From assembly GCF_006345805.1 (NCBI RefSeq), contig NC_042998.1:197346001-197410000 (forward strand): DNA of 64,000 bases, given 5' to 3'. Below are positions 12,983 through 25,114 of this stretch, piece by piece. Position 1 is the stretch's first letter; every line of letters starts with the position of its first letter. The notes beneath the pieces are model-generated. The model saw only the letters and a list, made by a program, of their open reading frames with translations. It had not been told where the DNA came from and ran no database searches. Both the position numbers and the translations under genes were made by a program. The stretch comes from Octopus sinensis. Its lineage: Eukaryota.

Positions 12983-13395
12983 CTTACTCTTTACTCTTTT
13001 ACTTGTTTCAGTCATTTGACTGCGGCCATGCTGGAGCACCACCTTTAGTCGAGCAAATCGAACCCCCGGGACTTATTCTTTGTAAGCCCAGTACTCATTC
13101 TATCGGTCTCTTTTGCCAAACCGCTAAGTGACAGGGACGTAAACACACCAGCATCGGTTGTCAAGCAATGCTAGGGGGACAAACACAGACACACAAACAC
13201 ATACACACATATATATATATACACATATATACGACAGGCTTCTTTCAGTTTCCGTCTACCAAATCCACTCGCAAGGCATTGGTCGGCCCGGGGCTATAGC
13301 AGAAGACACTTGCCCAAGATGCCATGCAGTGGGACTGAACCCGGAACCATGTGGTTGGTAAGCAAGCTACTTACCACACAGCCACCCCTGCGCCT
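12983..13395 (-). mobile_element. SINE A whose head is the first unit of the 165-bp array
   Basis: Full body, then a head continuing into tandem copies. Confidence 0.9.
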
Positions 13396-14385
13396 ATGAC
13401 GGGCTTCTTTCAGTTTCCGTCTACCAAATCCACTCACAAGGCATTGGTCGGCCCAGGGCTATAGCAGAAGACACTTGCCCAAGATGCCACGCAGTGGGAC
13501 TGAACCCAGAACCATGTGGTTGGTAAGCAAGCTACTTACCACACAGCCACCCCTGCGCCTATGACGGACTTCTTTCAGTTTCCGTCTACCAAATCCACTC
13601 ACAAGGCATTGGTCGGCCCGGGGCTATAGCAGAAGACACTTGCCCAAGATGCCACGCAGTGGGACTGAACCCGGAACCATGTGGTTGGTTAGCAAGCTAC
13701 TTACCACACAGCCACCCCTGCGCCTATGACGGGCTTCTTTCAGTTTCCGTCTACCAAATCCACTCACAAGGCATTGGTCGGCCCGGGGCTATAGCAGAAG
13801 ACACTTGCCCATGATGCCACGCAGTGGGACTGAACCCAGAACCATGTGGTTGGTTAGCAAGCTACTTACCACACAGCCACCCCTGCGCCTATGACGGGCT
13901 TCTTTCAGTTTCCGTCTACCAAATCCACTCACAAGGCATTGGTCGGCCCGGGGCTATAGCAGAAGACACTTGCCCATGATGCCACGCAGTGGGACTGAAC
14001 CCAGAACCATGTGGTTGGTTAGCAAGCTACTTACCACACAGCCACCCCTGCGCCTATGACGGGCTTCTTTCAGTTTCCGTCTACCAAATCCACTCACAAG
14101 GCATTGGTCGGCCCGGGGCTATAGCAGAAGACACTTGCCCAAGGTGCCACGCAGTGGGACTGAACCCGGAACCATGTGGTTGGTTAGCAAGCTACTTACC
14201 ACACAGCCACCCCTGCGCCTATGACGGGCTTCTTTCAGTTTCCGTCTACCAAATCCACTCACAAGGCATTGGTCGGCCCGGGGCTATAGCAGAAGACACT
14301 TGCCCAAGATGCCACGCAGTGGGACTGAACCCGGAACCATGTGGTTGGTTAGCAAGCTACTTACCACACAGCCACCCCTGCGACT
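13231..14385 (-). repeat. Tandem array of seven 165-bp SINE A heads
   Basis: Units start at 13231, 13396, 13561, 13726, 13891, 14056 and 14221 and are nearly identical. Confidence 0.95.
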
Positions 14386-14475
14386 ATGTATGCATCACTA
14401 TAAACAAAGAGTATGAGGTGAGAAATATTGGTGTTTCTCTATATTTTGGGGTGTCCCAATGAGTATATATCTCTA

Positions 14476-14885
14476 CTAGCAGCTAAGCCCGGTTTCACCC
14501 GGTCTGTTTGCGTGATGTGGTTGTGATCGTTTTCGGTTAGGCATAATCTATAACAGCGTTTCTCAACCTTATCATTTCGGGTCCCCTGTTTTGATTGGAG
14601 CCTCCAGCTATATGAAAATTTCCTGACCCCACCCTGTCAGAAAACAGCTCCTAAGCAACTGGTTGTTTTAATGGCAGAACAAAGAGGGCAATTCCATTAG
14701 AAAAAGTTTTAATCGATTTTCTCGGTAAGTATGGGGGTTAGGAAAAAAATACAAACTGCATTCCAATCTATGCACCCGTCTCCACAAGTGTGCCATTTTC
14801 CACGTGAATCCACTCAGTCATTTGGCTGTGAACCTCAAGACAAGAAAGAATACAACGATCGCCCATGTCCAATTTATATTATAGA
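14476..14885 (-). mobile_element. Non-autonomous Helitron (different subfamily)
   Basis: 5' TC, 3' hairpin CCGGGTGAAACCGGG about 10 nt before CTAG|T. Confidence 0.7.
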
Positions 14886-14966
14886 TAAATCAACCTTCAC
14901 CACCACCACCACACCGTCATCAAAACCAGTATAATCATGGCCAATACCAACCCACCAACTCCTTAA

Positions 14967-15185
14967 CCCTTTAGTGTTCAGATTATTCTATCAAACATAA
15001 TGCCTATTGATTCCCATTGATTTGAATTAATCATGCATTATCTCATATCTTCAAGATCTTGATGGTGTAATTACTTAATGTAGAATAACATTGTAGGGTA
15101 GGTGTGAGAGCCTGGATCCGGTCAGTTTGAACATAAAACAGATTAACTATTTTGGCCAGATATGGCCGGTTTAAATACTAAAGGG
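14967..15185. mobile_element. piggyBac-type MITE family F
   Basis: Same TIRs and TTAA duplication; an extra terminal fragment lies near 15266-15281. Confidence 0.88.
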
Positions 15186-15582
15186 TTAAATATATGTATT
15201 GGTATGTATTGCAAGAAACATGGGTTTCTTTCTCCAACATTTTACATAGTTCAACCTACAAGAGTGAATACTAAAGGGTTAATGAATAACAGCAAAAAAC
15301 AACTTTACTATGACCAATAAAAGTAACTCCATTTAAAATAAAAGACAATCACATGAGGCAATGATGTACCCAAGGGTATTTTAGAAGTTGGATGAAGCAT
15401 CTTTGATCCCAGGTCAGTAAGGATTGACTTGAGAACTAAATAGCATCAACAAAGTAAAGAACAAGAATATGACAACCAACAACCCCGCTTCCCTACCAAT
15501 TATCATTACTAACATCAAAACCAATACAGCCAACATAAGCACCAACCATCAACTTTTGCATAACTAGCAATGACAATAGAGT

Positions 15583-15900
15583 ATGAGTGAGTGAGTGAGT
15601 GGTGAGTGAGGAGTGAGTGAGTGAGTGAGTGAGTGAGGAGTGAGTGAGTGAGGAGTGAGTGAGTGAGTGAGGAGTGAGTGAGTGAGTGAGGAGTGAGTGA
15701 AGAGTGAGTGAGTGAGGAGTGAGTGAAGAGTGAGTGAGTGAGGAGTGAGTGAAGAGTGAGTGAGTGAGTGAGTGAGTGAGTGGGTGAGTGAGTGAGTGAG
15801 TGAGTGAGTGAGTGAGTGAGTGAGTGAGTGAGTGAGTGAGTGAGTGAGTGCGTGAGTGAGTGAGTGAGTGAGTGCGTGAGTGAGTGAGTGAGTGAGTGCG

Positions 15901-15936
<36 letters not shown>

Positions 15937-15986
15937 GAGAGAGAGAGTGAGTGAGTGAGTGAGTGAGTGAGTGAGAGAGAGAGAAC
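15583..15986 (+). repeat. (GAGT)n/(GA)n microsatellite
   Basis: Direct reading. Confidence 0.95.
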
Positions 15987-16266
15987 TAAAAGAAGTGCTG
16001 GGGGGGAGGGGCACGGTAAAGTGCCCATGAACTTGATAATCTTTCAACTGCTATCCTGCAATACTTCCATCCATCTAATTTCCATTCTTACATCTGTAGA
16101 GATGAGACAATTATTTCTCGATAGTATTTTCTAAACTCTATATATTTGTTGTGGATAATTGCCGACTGTCGCCACTGGTGAAATTACCTACGATTCAAGA
16201 TGTCTAGAGAGAAGCTATTTAAGTGGAACTGAAGGTCGTAGTGCAAACTATAAAGAGTTTATGTAC

Positions 16267-16645
16267 ACTCTCTCTCTCTCTTTTACTTGTTTCAGTCATT
16301 TGACTGCGGCCATGCTGGAGCACTGCCTTTAATCGAGCAACTCGACCCCGGCACTTATTCTTTGTAAGACCAGTACTTATTCTATCGGTCTCTTTTTTTT
16401 TGCCGAACCGCTAAGTGACGGGGACGTAAACACACCAGCATCGGTTGCGAAGCAATGCTAGGGGGACAAACACAGACACACAAACCCACACATATATATA
16501 TATATATATATACGACAGGCTTCTTTCAGTTTCCGTCTACCAAATCCACTCACAAGGCTTTGCCCAAGATGCCACGTAGTGGGACTGAACCCAGAACCAT
16601 GTGGTTGGTTAGCAAGCTACTTACCACACAGCCACTCCTGCGCCT
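16267..16645 (-). mobile_element. SINE A with a ~30-bp internal deletion
   Basis: aaggctt|tgcccaag junction removes the ggtcggcc..gacac segment. Confidence 0.88.
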
Positions 16646-16683
16646 ATATATATTTGGATATAATATTTGAATCTTGAAGGACT

Positions 16684-16930
16684 GATCATCATCATCATCA
16701 TCATCGTTTAGTGTCTGCTTTCCATGCTAGCATGGGTTGGACGGTTTGACCGGGGTCTGGGAAGCCAGAAGGCTGCACCAGGCTCCAGTCTGATCTGGCA
16801 ATGTTTCTACAGCTTGATGCCCTTCCTAACGCCAACCAAACCGTGAGTGTAGTGGGTGCTTTTTATGTGCCAGAAGAGGCTGGCAAACGGCCACGATCGG
16901 ATGGTGCTTTTTACATGCCACTGATGCGGG
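16684..16930 (-). mobile_element. Family C copy
   Basis: Family tail plus about two modules. Confidence 0.85.
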
Positions 16931-17249
16931 AGAAAATTAGCCATATTACAAAAACAATCTAGTTTGCAGAGTCTGCAGGAGGAATAACATATGTCAATAA
17001 AGAGAAAATCAAGGGCTTCAGAAACTAAATTTCATTTGTTTATGAACCAAACGTAAGGCTTAATTAAAAGGAAACAGCTTTTGAACCTACAAATTGTGGT
17101 CCAGATTCAATGTAATTATGCCAATATGCATGATGGTAATTAAAGAAAAAAAACTAGTCAAAAGTTTGTACGATGATTTGCAGAAAGAGTGAAACTTCTA
17201 ATGAAATTTTTTTTTTTTTGCTAATAAAAACTGGTTTTTGAAGGTTTAA

Positions 17250-18199
17250 CCCTTTCATTATTGTATTTCTGTTGAGATGCTCTGTGTTTCTTTCAATTAC
17301 TTTAAATATAACAAAGAATTTAGTAAAGTAATTTAGCTCACATTAAGCTAATGTTAGGAACATAAATTGTGACCAAGGTTCAAAACTTATGAAAACAAGA
17401 CATTTGTACTACAGAGCTGGTTTCAACCGGGTTGGTAACGAAAGGGTTAAGAATTGTTTCTTTATTATATATTTTAACCCTTTCGTTACTGTATTTCTGT
17501 TGAGATGCTCTGTGTTTCTTTCAATTACTTTGAATATAACAAAGAATTTAGTAAAATAACTTGGTTATCATTCAGCTAGTGTTTGGAACATAAATGTGAC
17601 TAAGGTTTGGTGGAAGATTTTAATTCAAAACTTATGAAAACAAGACATTTGTACTGCAGAGCCAGAGGCAGTTTCAGCTGGGTTGGTAATGAAAGGGTTA
17701 GGAATTGTTTCTCTTTTATATATTTTAACCTTTTTGTTACCATATTTCTGTTGAGATGCTCTGTGTTTCTTTCAATTACTTTGAATATAACAAAGAATTT
17801 AGTAAAATAACTTAGTTACCATTAAGCTAGTGTTTGGAACATAAATGTGACTAAGGTTTGGTGGAAGATTTTAATTCAAAACTTATGAAAACAAGACATT
17901 TGTACTGCAGAGCCAGAGGCAGTTTCAGCTGGGTTGGTAATGAAAGGGTTAGGAATTGTTTCTCTTTTATATATTTTAACCTTTTTGTTACCATATTTCT
18001 GTTGAGATGCTCTGTGTTTCTTTCAATTACTTTAAATATAACAAAGAATTTAGTAAAATAACTTGGTTATCATTCAGCTAGTGTTTGGAACATAAATGTG
18101 ACTAAGGTTTGGTGGAAGATTTTAATTCAAAACTTATGAAAACAAGACATTTGTACTACAGAGCCAGAGCCGGTTTCAGCCGGGTTGGTAACGAAAGGA
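17250..18199. mobile_element. Tetramer of a TTAA-flanked piggyBac-type MITE (family E); units start at 17250, 17478, 17729, 17980
   Basis: Each unit is CCCTTT(C/T)GTTAC..GTAA(C/T)GAAAGGG bounded by TTAA-like sites, with 23-bp linkers. The whole array sits in one TTAA of the Tigger relic. Confidence 0.9.
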
Positions 18200-18308
18200 T
18201 TAAGAAGTACTTGAATTCACACAACATGAAAGTAACTGGTAAAGCTGATAGAGTGCTGATAGGGAAACTGCTAATTATCCTTATCAACTGAAAAAAGGGA
18301 ATGCTTAA

Positions 18309-18958
18309 CCCTTTTGTTACTAACCCGGCCAAAACCGGCTCTGGCTCTGTGGTAAAATGTCTTGTTTTCATAAGTTTTGAATTAAAATCTTCCACCAAGC
18401 CTTAGACACAATTTACGTTCCTAACACTAGATTAATGATAACTAAGTTATTTTACTAAATTCTTTGTTATCATCATCATCATCGTTTAACGTCCGTTCTC
18501 CATGCTAGCATGGGTTGGACGGTTCGACCAGGGATCTGGGAAGCCAGAAGGCTGCACCAAGCTCCAGTCTTATCTGGCAATGTTTCTACAGCTGGATGCC
18601 CTTCCTAACGCCAACCACTCCGTGAGTGTAGTGGGTGCTCTTTACGTGCCACCTGCACAGGTGCCAGGCGAGGCTGGCAACAGCCACGGTCGGATTGGTG
18701 TATTTTATGTGCCACCGGCACGGAAGCCAGTCGAGGCGGTGCTGGCATTGGCCACGAGTCGGATAGTGCTTTTTACGTACCACCAGACCAGGGATCCTGG
18801 CTGGTTCAATTCGATTTCGATTTCGCTTGCCCCAACATGTCTTCGCAAGCTAAGGGGGTTGGCATGGGTGCCTGTCGTACGGTCGGATTGGTGTATTAAT
18901 ATTTAAGATAATTGAAAGAAACACAGAGCATCTCAAAATGAGTACAGTAATGAAAGGG
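18309..18958. mobile_element. MITE E in the opposite orientation, interrupted by a family C copy (18471-18900)
   Basis: TTAA duplicated on both sides; the consensus resumes after the insert (gttat|atttaa). Confidence 0.85.
18471..18900 (-). mobile_element. Family C copy inside MITE E
   Basis: Family tail, modules and the upstream gcttgcgaagac..gaaatcg block. Confidence 0.85.
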
Positions 18959-19121
18959 TTAAAGGAGGTTACACACTAGAGTTGGTATACAATGTTGATG
19001 AAACTGCACTTTTCTGGATTGCATACCTGCTAGAACTTTTATTTCTTGAGAAGAAAATCCAACACCAGGATTTACTGCTTCTAAAACTAAATGCTTCTTC
19101 TGGAAGGAAATACTGCTGGTG

Positions 19122-19638
19122 CCTGGCCCCCGTACCGGTGGCACGTAAAAAGCACCATCCGTTCATGGCCATTGCCAGCCCCGCCCCGTCTGGCCTCCGT
19201 GCCGGTGGCACGTAAAAGCACCATCCGTTCGTGTCCGTTGCCAGCCTCACTTGGCCCCCGTGCCGGTGGCACGTAAAAGCACCATCCGTTCGTGGCCGTT
19301 TGCCAGCCTCACCTGGCCCCCGTGCCGGTGGCACGTAAAAGCACCATCCGTTCGTGTCCGTTGCCAGCCTCACCTGGCCCCCGTGCCGGTGGCACATAAA
19401 AGCACCATCCATTCGTGGCCGTTTGCCAGCTCCGTCTGGCTCCTGTGCGGGTGGCACATAAAAAGCACCCACTACACTCGCGGAGTGGTTGGCATTAGGA
19501 AGGGCATCCAGCCGTAGAAACACTGCCAGATCAGACTGGGCCTGATGCAGCCTTCTGGCTTCACAGACCCCAGTTGAACCGTCCAACCCATGTTAGCATG
19601 GAAAACGGACGCTAAATGATGATGATGATGATGATGAT
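19122..19638 (+). mobile_element. Family C copy with six ~61-bp hairpin modules, inside the Tigger relic
   Basis: gtggcac(g/a)taaaa at 19138, 19205, 19266, 19328, 19389 and 19451. Confidence 0.88.
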
Positions 19639-20176
19639 AGGATATTGAAGCTACTGGTCATATATCGCTCTGGGAATCCAAGAGCTTCCAAGGGTTGTGC
19701 AAAGTTCAATTCATTTCTGATTTGATGTTCAGATAAGAAGCTATGAATGACTAGGCTTTAGAAAGGTGTGGTGCCAGTCCTGCTGCCAACAAACCATTGC
19801 TGCTTTTAGATAATGCTCTGAGTCATACAGTGAACACAAATGAGTTTCCTGATAATATGAAAACAGAAAATATATCCCCAAGAATACAACTTGTTTGTTC
19901 CAGTTAATGGATCGATGTGTCATAATTTCAAAGAACTCAAGGAAGCAATTGACAGGGGAAAATAAAACTAGTTAGAAACTTCTGAAAGAAGTTCAGCATA
20001 ATAGATGCTGACGTTAACGTAACTGAATCCTGTTTCTATTTTCGTTTCTCTATTATTAATTTTACTCGCATCTCTATCTTAGTAAAAACTGATGAATAAA
20101 GAAATCAAACTACAGAAACAAACGGCAGCAAAACCGTTCAGAAATTAAATAACACTAACATATTTTTATAATATAT

Positions 20177-20571
20177 ACTCTTTTATTTGTTTCAGTCATT
20201 TGACTGCGGCCATGCTGGAGCACCGCCTTTAGTCGAGCAATTCGACCCCAGGACTTATTCATTGTAAGCCCAGTGCTTATTCTATCGGTCTCTATTGCCG
20301 AACCGCTAAGTGACGGGGACGTAAACACACCAGCATCGGTTGTCAAGCAATGCTAGAGGGAGAAACATATACATACACATACATACATATATATATATAC
20401 ATATATATGACAGGCTTCTTTCAGTTTCTGCCAACCAAATCCACTCACAAGGCATTGGTTGGCCCGGGGCTATAGCAGAAGACACTTGCCCAAGATGCCA
20501 TGCAGAGGGACTGAACCTGGAACCATGTGGTTGGTAGGCAAGCTACTTACCACACAGCCACTCCTGCGCCT
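20177..20571 (-). mobile_element. SINE A
   Basis: Full-length match to the family. Confidence 0.88.
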
Positions 20572-21324
20572 ATTTATTATCGTTACTAAATTTTCTACAC
20601 CCACCTTCACATTCCATGGCTACCGTTGGGATCGATCAGGTACCGGACAAGGATTCTGGATTATTTTTCTGATCTTTTTACTTAATTTTTGAGAGCAGCT
20701 AGGTTCATTTTTAGTATTCTCGTTTGTGAGAGCAGTCAAGCTTATTTCAGATATTCTCATTTTAAAAATCATCCCTGGCTAATCGCTGAGAGGACATTGG
20801 TGTTTCCTTAGCAGAATTTTGCACCCTCTGAGTGCTCTTGCCTAATTTGTTTTTAATGATTTAGTCAAGAGGAAGGGCAATACTTAAGGTCTGTGAGACT
20901 GCTAAGTAGAAAGGAGGAAGTTTTCTTCAGACCAGTGACTTGGCCTGAATGTCTGCAGAGTAGATTCCAATGGCCAAGTGGTTATATTAAACCAGCAGTT
21001 GGATTAAATCTAGCACACCAAAGGCAGGAACGATTATTTTAACAGGTAGCCACACAAGTTTTCTATCAAAGTATCACAACCCAGAACCATGGTAGAAACT
21101 TGCCTAAAGTACCTTGCAATGCTGTGGTAGTCTAGCTCCAAGGTTTTATGGATCTAGCAGAGGCCTATGTCAAAATCTTACAGTTGTGACCATTCTGTCC
21201 TTTATTCAGACAGTGTATCCAGTACCATAACGGGAAGATTTATGAAAATAAACAAAAGATGAAGGCAGGTGGAATACAAACAAACAATTGTGTTAGTATG
21301 GCGTTCAGGAATATAAATAAAACA

Positions 21325-21366
21325 AGTCTTTTACGTTTCGAGCCTACGCTCTTCAACAGAAAGATA
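21325..21366 (-). other. Minimal type-I hammerhead-like motif, probably a Penelope-like element relic
   Basis: TCTTT-CTGTTGA-A-GAGCgtagGCTC-GAAAC-GTA-AAAGA: stems I and II pair and stem III is the palindromic ACGT; the core has a substitution. Confidence 0.4.
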
Positions 21367-21772
21367 CACAGAAAAGAAACACGGAGAGAAACAAGGCGAG
21401 GAAAAAAATGCGTGCAGAAGCTAGCGAATCAACATGGCGATCCGTATTGTCTAATGCGTCTTTCCATTTCTAAAGGCAATAAACTCAGTTGAGATTTAGC
21501 TGCTATTTCTGAGAGGTTGAGTGGCGATACAGGTTCCTCTCTATGGCTTGTGCATGTCTGTTCTTTTTGCTGTTTATTTAGATTGGCAGAGATAAGATTT
21601 ATACTAACAGAGTGATAGATTATATCCATATATCAACAGGAATTGATTATTCATTTTAACAAAAAGAAAGTCCGTGTTTGTTACATAGCAGAAATGGCTG
21701 ACACATCAGAGAAATAGTTTCAGTTTTGAAACTGTGTCCTACACTGTTTCAAGTTCATATCCAACTTGTATT

Positions 21773-21980
21773 CATCATCATCATCATCGTTTAACGTCCG
21801 TTCTCCATGCTATCATAGGTTGGACGGTTCGACTGGGGATCCAGGAGGCTGCACCAGGCTCCGGTCTTATCTGGCAATGTTTCTACAGCTGGATGCCCTT
21901 CCTAACGCCAACCACTCCGTGAGTGTAGTGGATGCTTTTTACGTGCCACCGGCACTGGAGCCAGGTGAGGCTGGCATTGT
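21773..21980 (-). mobile_element. Family C copy (short)
   Basis: Family tail plus one module. Confidence 0.85.
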
Positions 21981-22193
21981 ATTAGCTTTGTTATTTGATC
22001 CTCAGGGGTTTATAACATGAGGACCAATATATACTGGGCTTATTTAAATCAACTTTCAAAAAAAAAAATCATTGTGTAACCACAACAGCAGCAACAAAAG
22101 TGAGGCCCATGATAATGTGGCTGCAATTTTCTGCAAAGTCCACTGAGAGTCAATTGGACATCATCATGTTAGTGCTGATGTTGTTGTTGCTGT

Positions 22194-22569
22194 TTGTTTG
22201 TTTGTTGAGCGAAGCGGTCTTCGTTCCATTAGTGGGAGAAGTCCGAAACGTAGTCCTTTGCTATTCGTAAGACCCCCAGAAGAGGAAGCAGGTCAACCCC
22301 CAACACCAAGAGCATCGACGGATGGATGAATGAATGAATGAATGCGCATCCAGGCTCAGCAGTTGCGTAGGAAGTCGGGGACAAGAAACAGGAAGAAAGA
22401 GTGAGAGAAAGAGTAAAACAGGGTCACCACAACCCCCTGCCAGAGCTTCGTGGAGCTTTAGGTGTTTTCGCTTAATAAACACACACAACGCCCGGTCTGG
22501 GAATCGAAACCGCGATCCTCCGACCGTGAGTCCGCTGCCCTAACCACTGGGCATTCATTGTGCCTCCAC
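22194..22569 (-). mobile_element. SINE D, tail type 2 ending in a stem-loop plus (AAAC)n
   Basis: Same head and core; 12-bp TSD tgttgttgctgt (22182-22193 / 22570-22581). Confidence 0.85.
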
Positions 22570-23262
22570 TGTTGTTGCTGTATCTAACATTCTGCTAGGG
22601 TAGATATTTCAACCAGGAACGCAGCTTAAGCAATATCTGGGCCAACTTGAAACTTGAATCCTAAAAATTCTAACACATTCACTGAGATAAAAAGTGTAAA
22701 TAAAACAATCCAAAAGATATGGTTGAATATTTTGATAATGAAGCTTTTGTGGAATTGGGGTGGGACATCAGAATTAGGCCACTCTAAATGCTGAGAAATG
22801 GCAGGCAGACATTTACAAATACTTCAACCGTACCTTCAACAAACGTGAACAACAGTAATTAAATAATGACTTTATCAATCCCCTTTCTTCTTTAATTACT
22901 TTCTAAATGAGAAGCAGCTTTGCCCCAAATTGCAGAAAAAATTTAAATGTACAAATTACCATTCTTCTTATCATTATTGTCACCCATGCCACCACCACCA
23001 CCATCTTTGACATTATAAAATGTTAGGGTTGCAGCAACAGGAAGCAAAATTCAATTTTATTTTTATCAAAACTCTCCCAGGAAAGTACAACTCGAAATGT
23101 TAATGACTCCAAATATTTCACATTTCCACTAACATCATCATCATCAACCTAATATTCAGAGCCCTCCTATTCTAAAACATTCCTGCAGTTAAGTACAAAA
23201 ACATGATCATTCTGTTTAAAATGTTTGTTACTTTAATACTTATTTTCGCATTTTATCACATA

Positions 23263-23656
23263 CTAGCAGTATAGCCCAGCGTTGCTTAGGCCAGTTTTCT
23301 TTTCGACCCTTTAGAATTGGAATTTTTGAAAAGTAAAAATTTTGCATTATGTAGCTTGTTATTCTCTTCAAGTGAACATTTTTCTGGTTGCAATACACCG
23401 AAAAATGGTGACACAGCAGTCAAAAAATCATAAAAAATAGGGATTTTCATAGAAAAAAGAAGCACCTTTTTGATGTAAATAATTTTTGGCAATAACATGG
23501 TCCGATTTGAATTTTTTCTTCTACGGAAGGAAGAGCAAGCCTTCTACCATACTCTCATGGTCAACTTGCACCGCAGGGTCTCGGAGGAGATAGTGTTAGT
23601 TGAAGGCTACCAAACCTGCCCATACACAGACAACTTCAGCTTTATATATAGAGAGA
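23263..23656 (-). mobile_element. Non-autonomous Helitron
   Basis: Same termini and body as 6045-6440. Confidence 0.75.
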
Positions 23657-23919
23657 TTTATAATGTTCTGTATTGTTGATTTTGTTGCCCTTATATAAAA
23701 ACTTATTGCAACTGACTTTTTCAACACTGGCACAAGGCTATATTTGTAGGCAACAGGCATAGGTCATAAGACTGAGTCCTTAGAATATTACTGGTACTTT
23801 TTTGATCAACCGTACCTCCGAATCATCAAGACTAACTTGTCAAACAATTATATATTTCAATCATAGTCACAGAATTCTTTAACACACTATCAGATCTACC
23901 ATTAATAACCATTACATAC

Positions 23920-24275
23920 ATCATGATCGTTGCCAGAGCAGCCAACTGGCTCTGTGCCGATGGCACGTAAAAAGGCACCGTTTGAGCGTGATTATTACCA
24001 GTGTCGCTTTACTGGCACCTGTGCCAGTGACATGTGTAAAAAGATTTGAGCAAGGTCATTGCCAGTACCGCCCTTGCCTGGCACCATGCTGGTGGCACGT
24101 AAAAAGCACCCACTACACTCTCGGAGTGGTTGGTGTTAAGAAGGGCATCCAGCTGTAGAAACCCTGCCAGATCAAGATTGGAGCCTGGTGCAGCCATCTG
24201 GTTCGCCAGTCCTCAGTCAAATCGCCAAACCCATGCTAGCATGGAAAGCGGAAGTTAAACGATGATGACAATGAC
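23920..24275 (+). mobile_element. Family C copy
   Basis: Family tail plus three diverged modules. Confidence 0.82.
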
Positions 24276-24524
24276 GTGCATATATGTGTGTGTGTGCGCT
24301 TTCATATGTATTTGGAAGTGGTCCCAATTGCCACTCAGCAATTCTAGTCTTGGTGGCAAAGATAATTTCAATAAATCAAGAATTAAATGTAGAATATTTA
24401 TCAGACCCTTGTTGTTCAAATGTCACTATCCTCAGTAAATTATTTCTCTTAGCTCATTTTCATTTCATTTATGCAAATTATCTAATATACAAATGCGTTC
24501 CTTTTTCTCTCCCATTTTTTTTAA

Positions 24525-24885
24525 GCACCATCCGTTCGTGGCCGTTGCCAGCCTCGCCTGGGCCCCGTGCCGGTTGCACGTAAAAAGCACCATCCGATCG
24601 TGGCCGTTTGCCAGCCTCGTCTGGCACCTGTGCTGGTGGCACGTAAAAAGCACCATCCGATCGTGGCCGTTTGCCAGCCTCGTCTGGCACCTGTGCCGGT
24701 GACACGTAAAAAGCACCCACTACACTCACGGAGTAGTTGGCGTTAGGAAAGGCATCCAGCCGTAGAAACATTGCCAGATCAGACTGGAGCCTGGTGCAGC
24801 CTCCTGGCTTCCCAGACCCCAGTTGAACCGTCCAACCCATGCTAGCATGGAAAGCAGACGCTAAACGATGATGATGATGATGATG
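24525..24885 (+). mobile_element. Family C copy with three ~63-bp modules
   Basis: Repeated gtaaaaagcaccatccgatcgtggccgtttgccagcctcg. Confidence 0.85.
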
Positions 24886-25114
24886 TCTAAGTGTCCCATC
24901 TGTTGATAAGGTAGGACAACTGGTGCCGATGACAACTACCGAAACAAACATCACCAAGCTGTCCTCTTGTCTCCATAACAATCAGACTCTTTTCCTTAAT
25001 AGCTTATCAATTTTGAAGATTTCTTGGGATTATCCCTACTTCTCATTTGGAAATTAGTTCCAGTTGCCATCAAGCAAGTCGCTCTACTCCCTCTAGTAAG
25101 TTGTTCTACTTTTA

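Larger units (their letters stand above)
16930..19960 (+). mobile_element. Decayed pogo/Tigger-family transposase, split by MITE and retroposon insertions
   Basis: Collinear motifs once insertions are removed: KSLYDDLQK and a GWF..RFK-like stretch (CENP-B HTH), HNMKVTG, SADRETANYPYQLKK, GGYTLELVYNVDETALFW, LLVIYRSGNPRA, LLLLDNALSH, IPKNTTCLFQLMD (DDE_1 domain). Confidence 0.85.

Noticed and set aside
13231-14385. Regular array as a possible CRISPR or tRNA gene cluster
   Set aside because: Units are identical along their whole length (no unique spacers), the context is eukaryotic, and the heads do not fold into complete tRNAs; they are SINE heads.
13989-14462. 157-aa ORF and the recurring MSSNARGTNT.. 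/ MTTDAGVFTSP.. ORFs
   Set aside because: Antisense or sense reading of SINE A, repeated at every copy; no protein-like features.
17607-18291. Repeated ORF MVEDFNSKLMKTRH..
   Set aside because: Reading of MITE E units with 251-bp periodicity.
19122-19460. Palindromic ~61-bp repeats resembling CRISPR repeat-spacer units
   Set aside because: The spacers are not unique, and the modules are part of the dispersed RTE-derived family C.
22205-22252. Stem-loop followed by GAAACGTAG, hammerhead-like on the plus strand
   Set aside because: No CUGANGA core; better explained as the 3' stem-loop of the SINE D tail on the minus strand.
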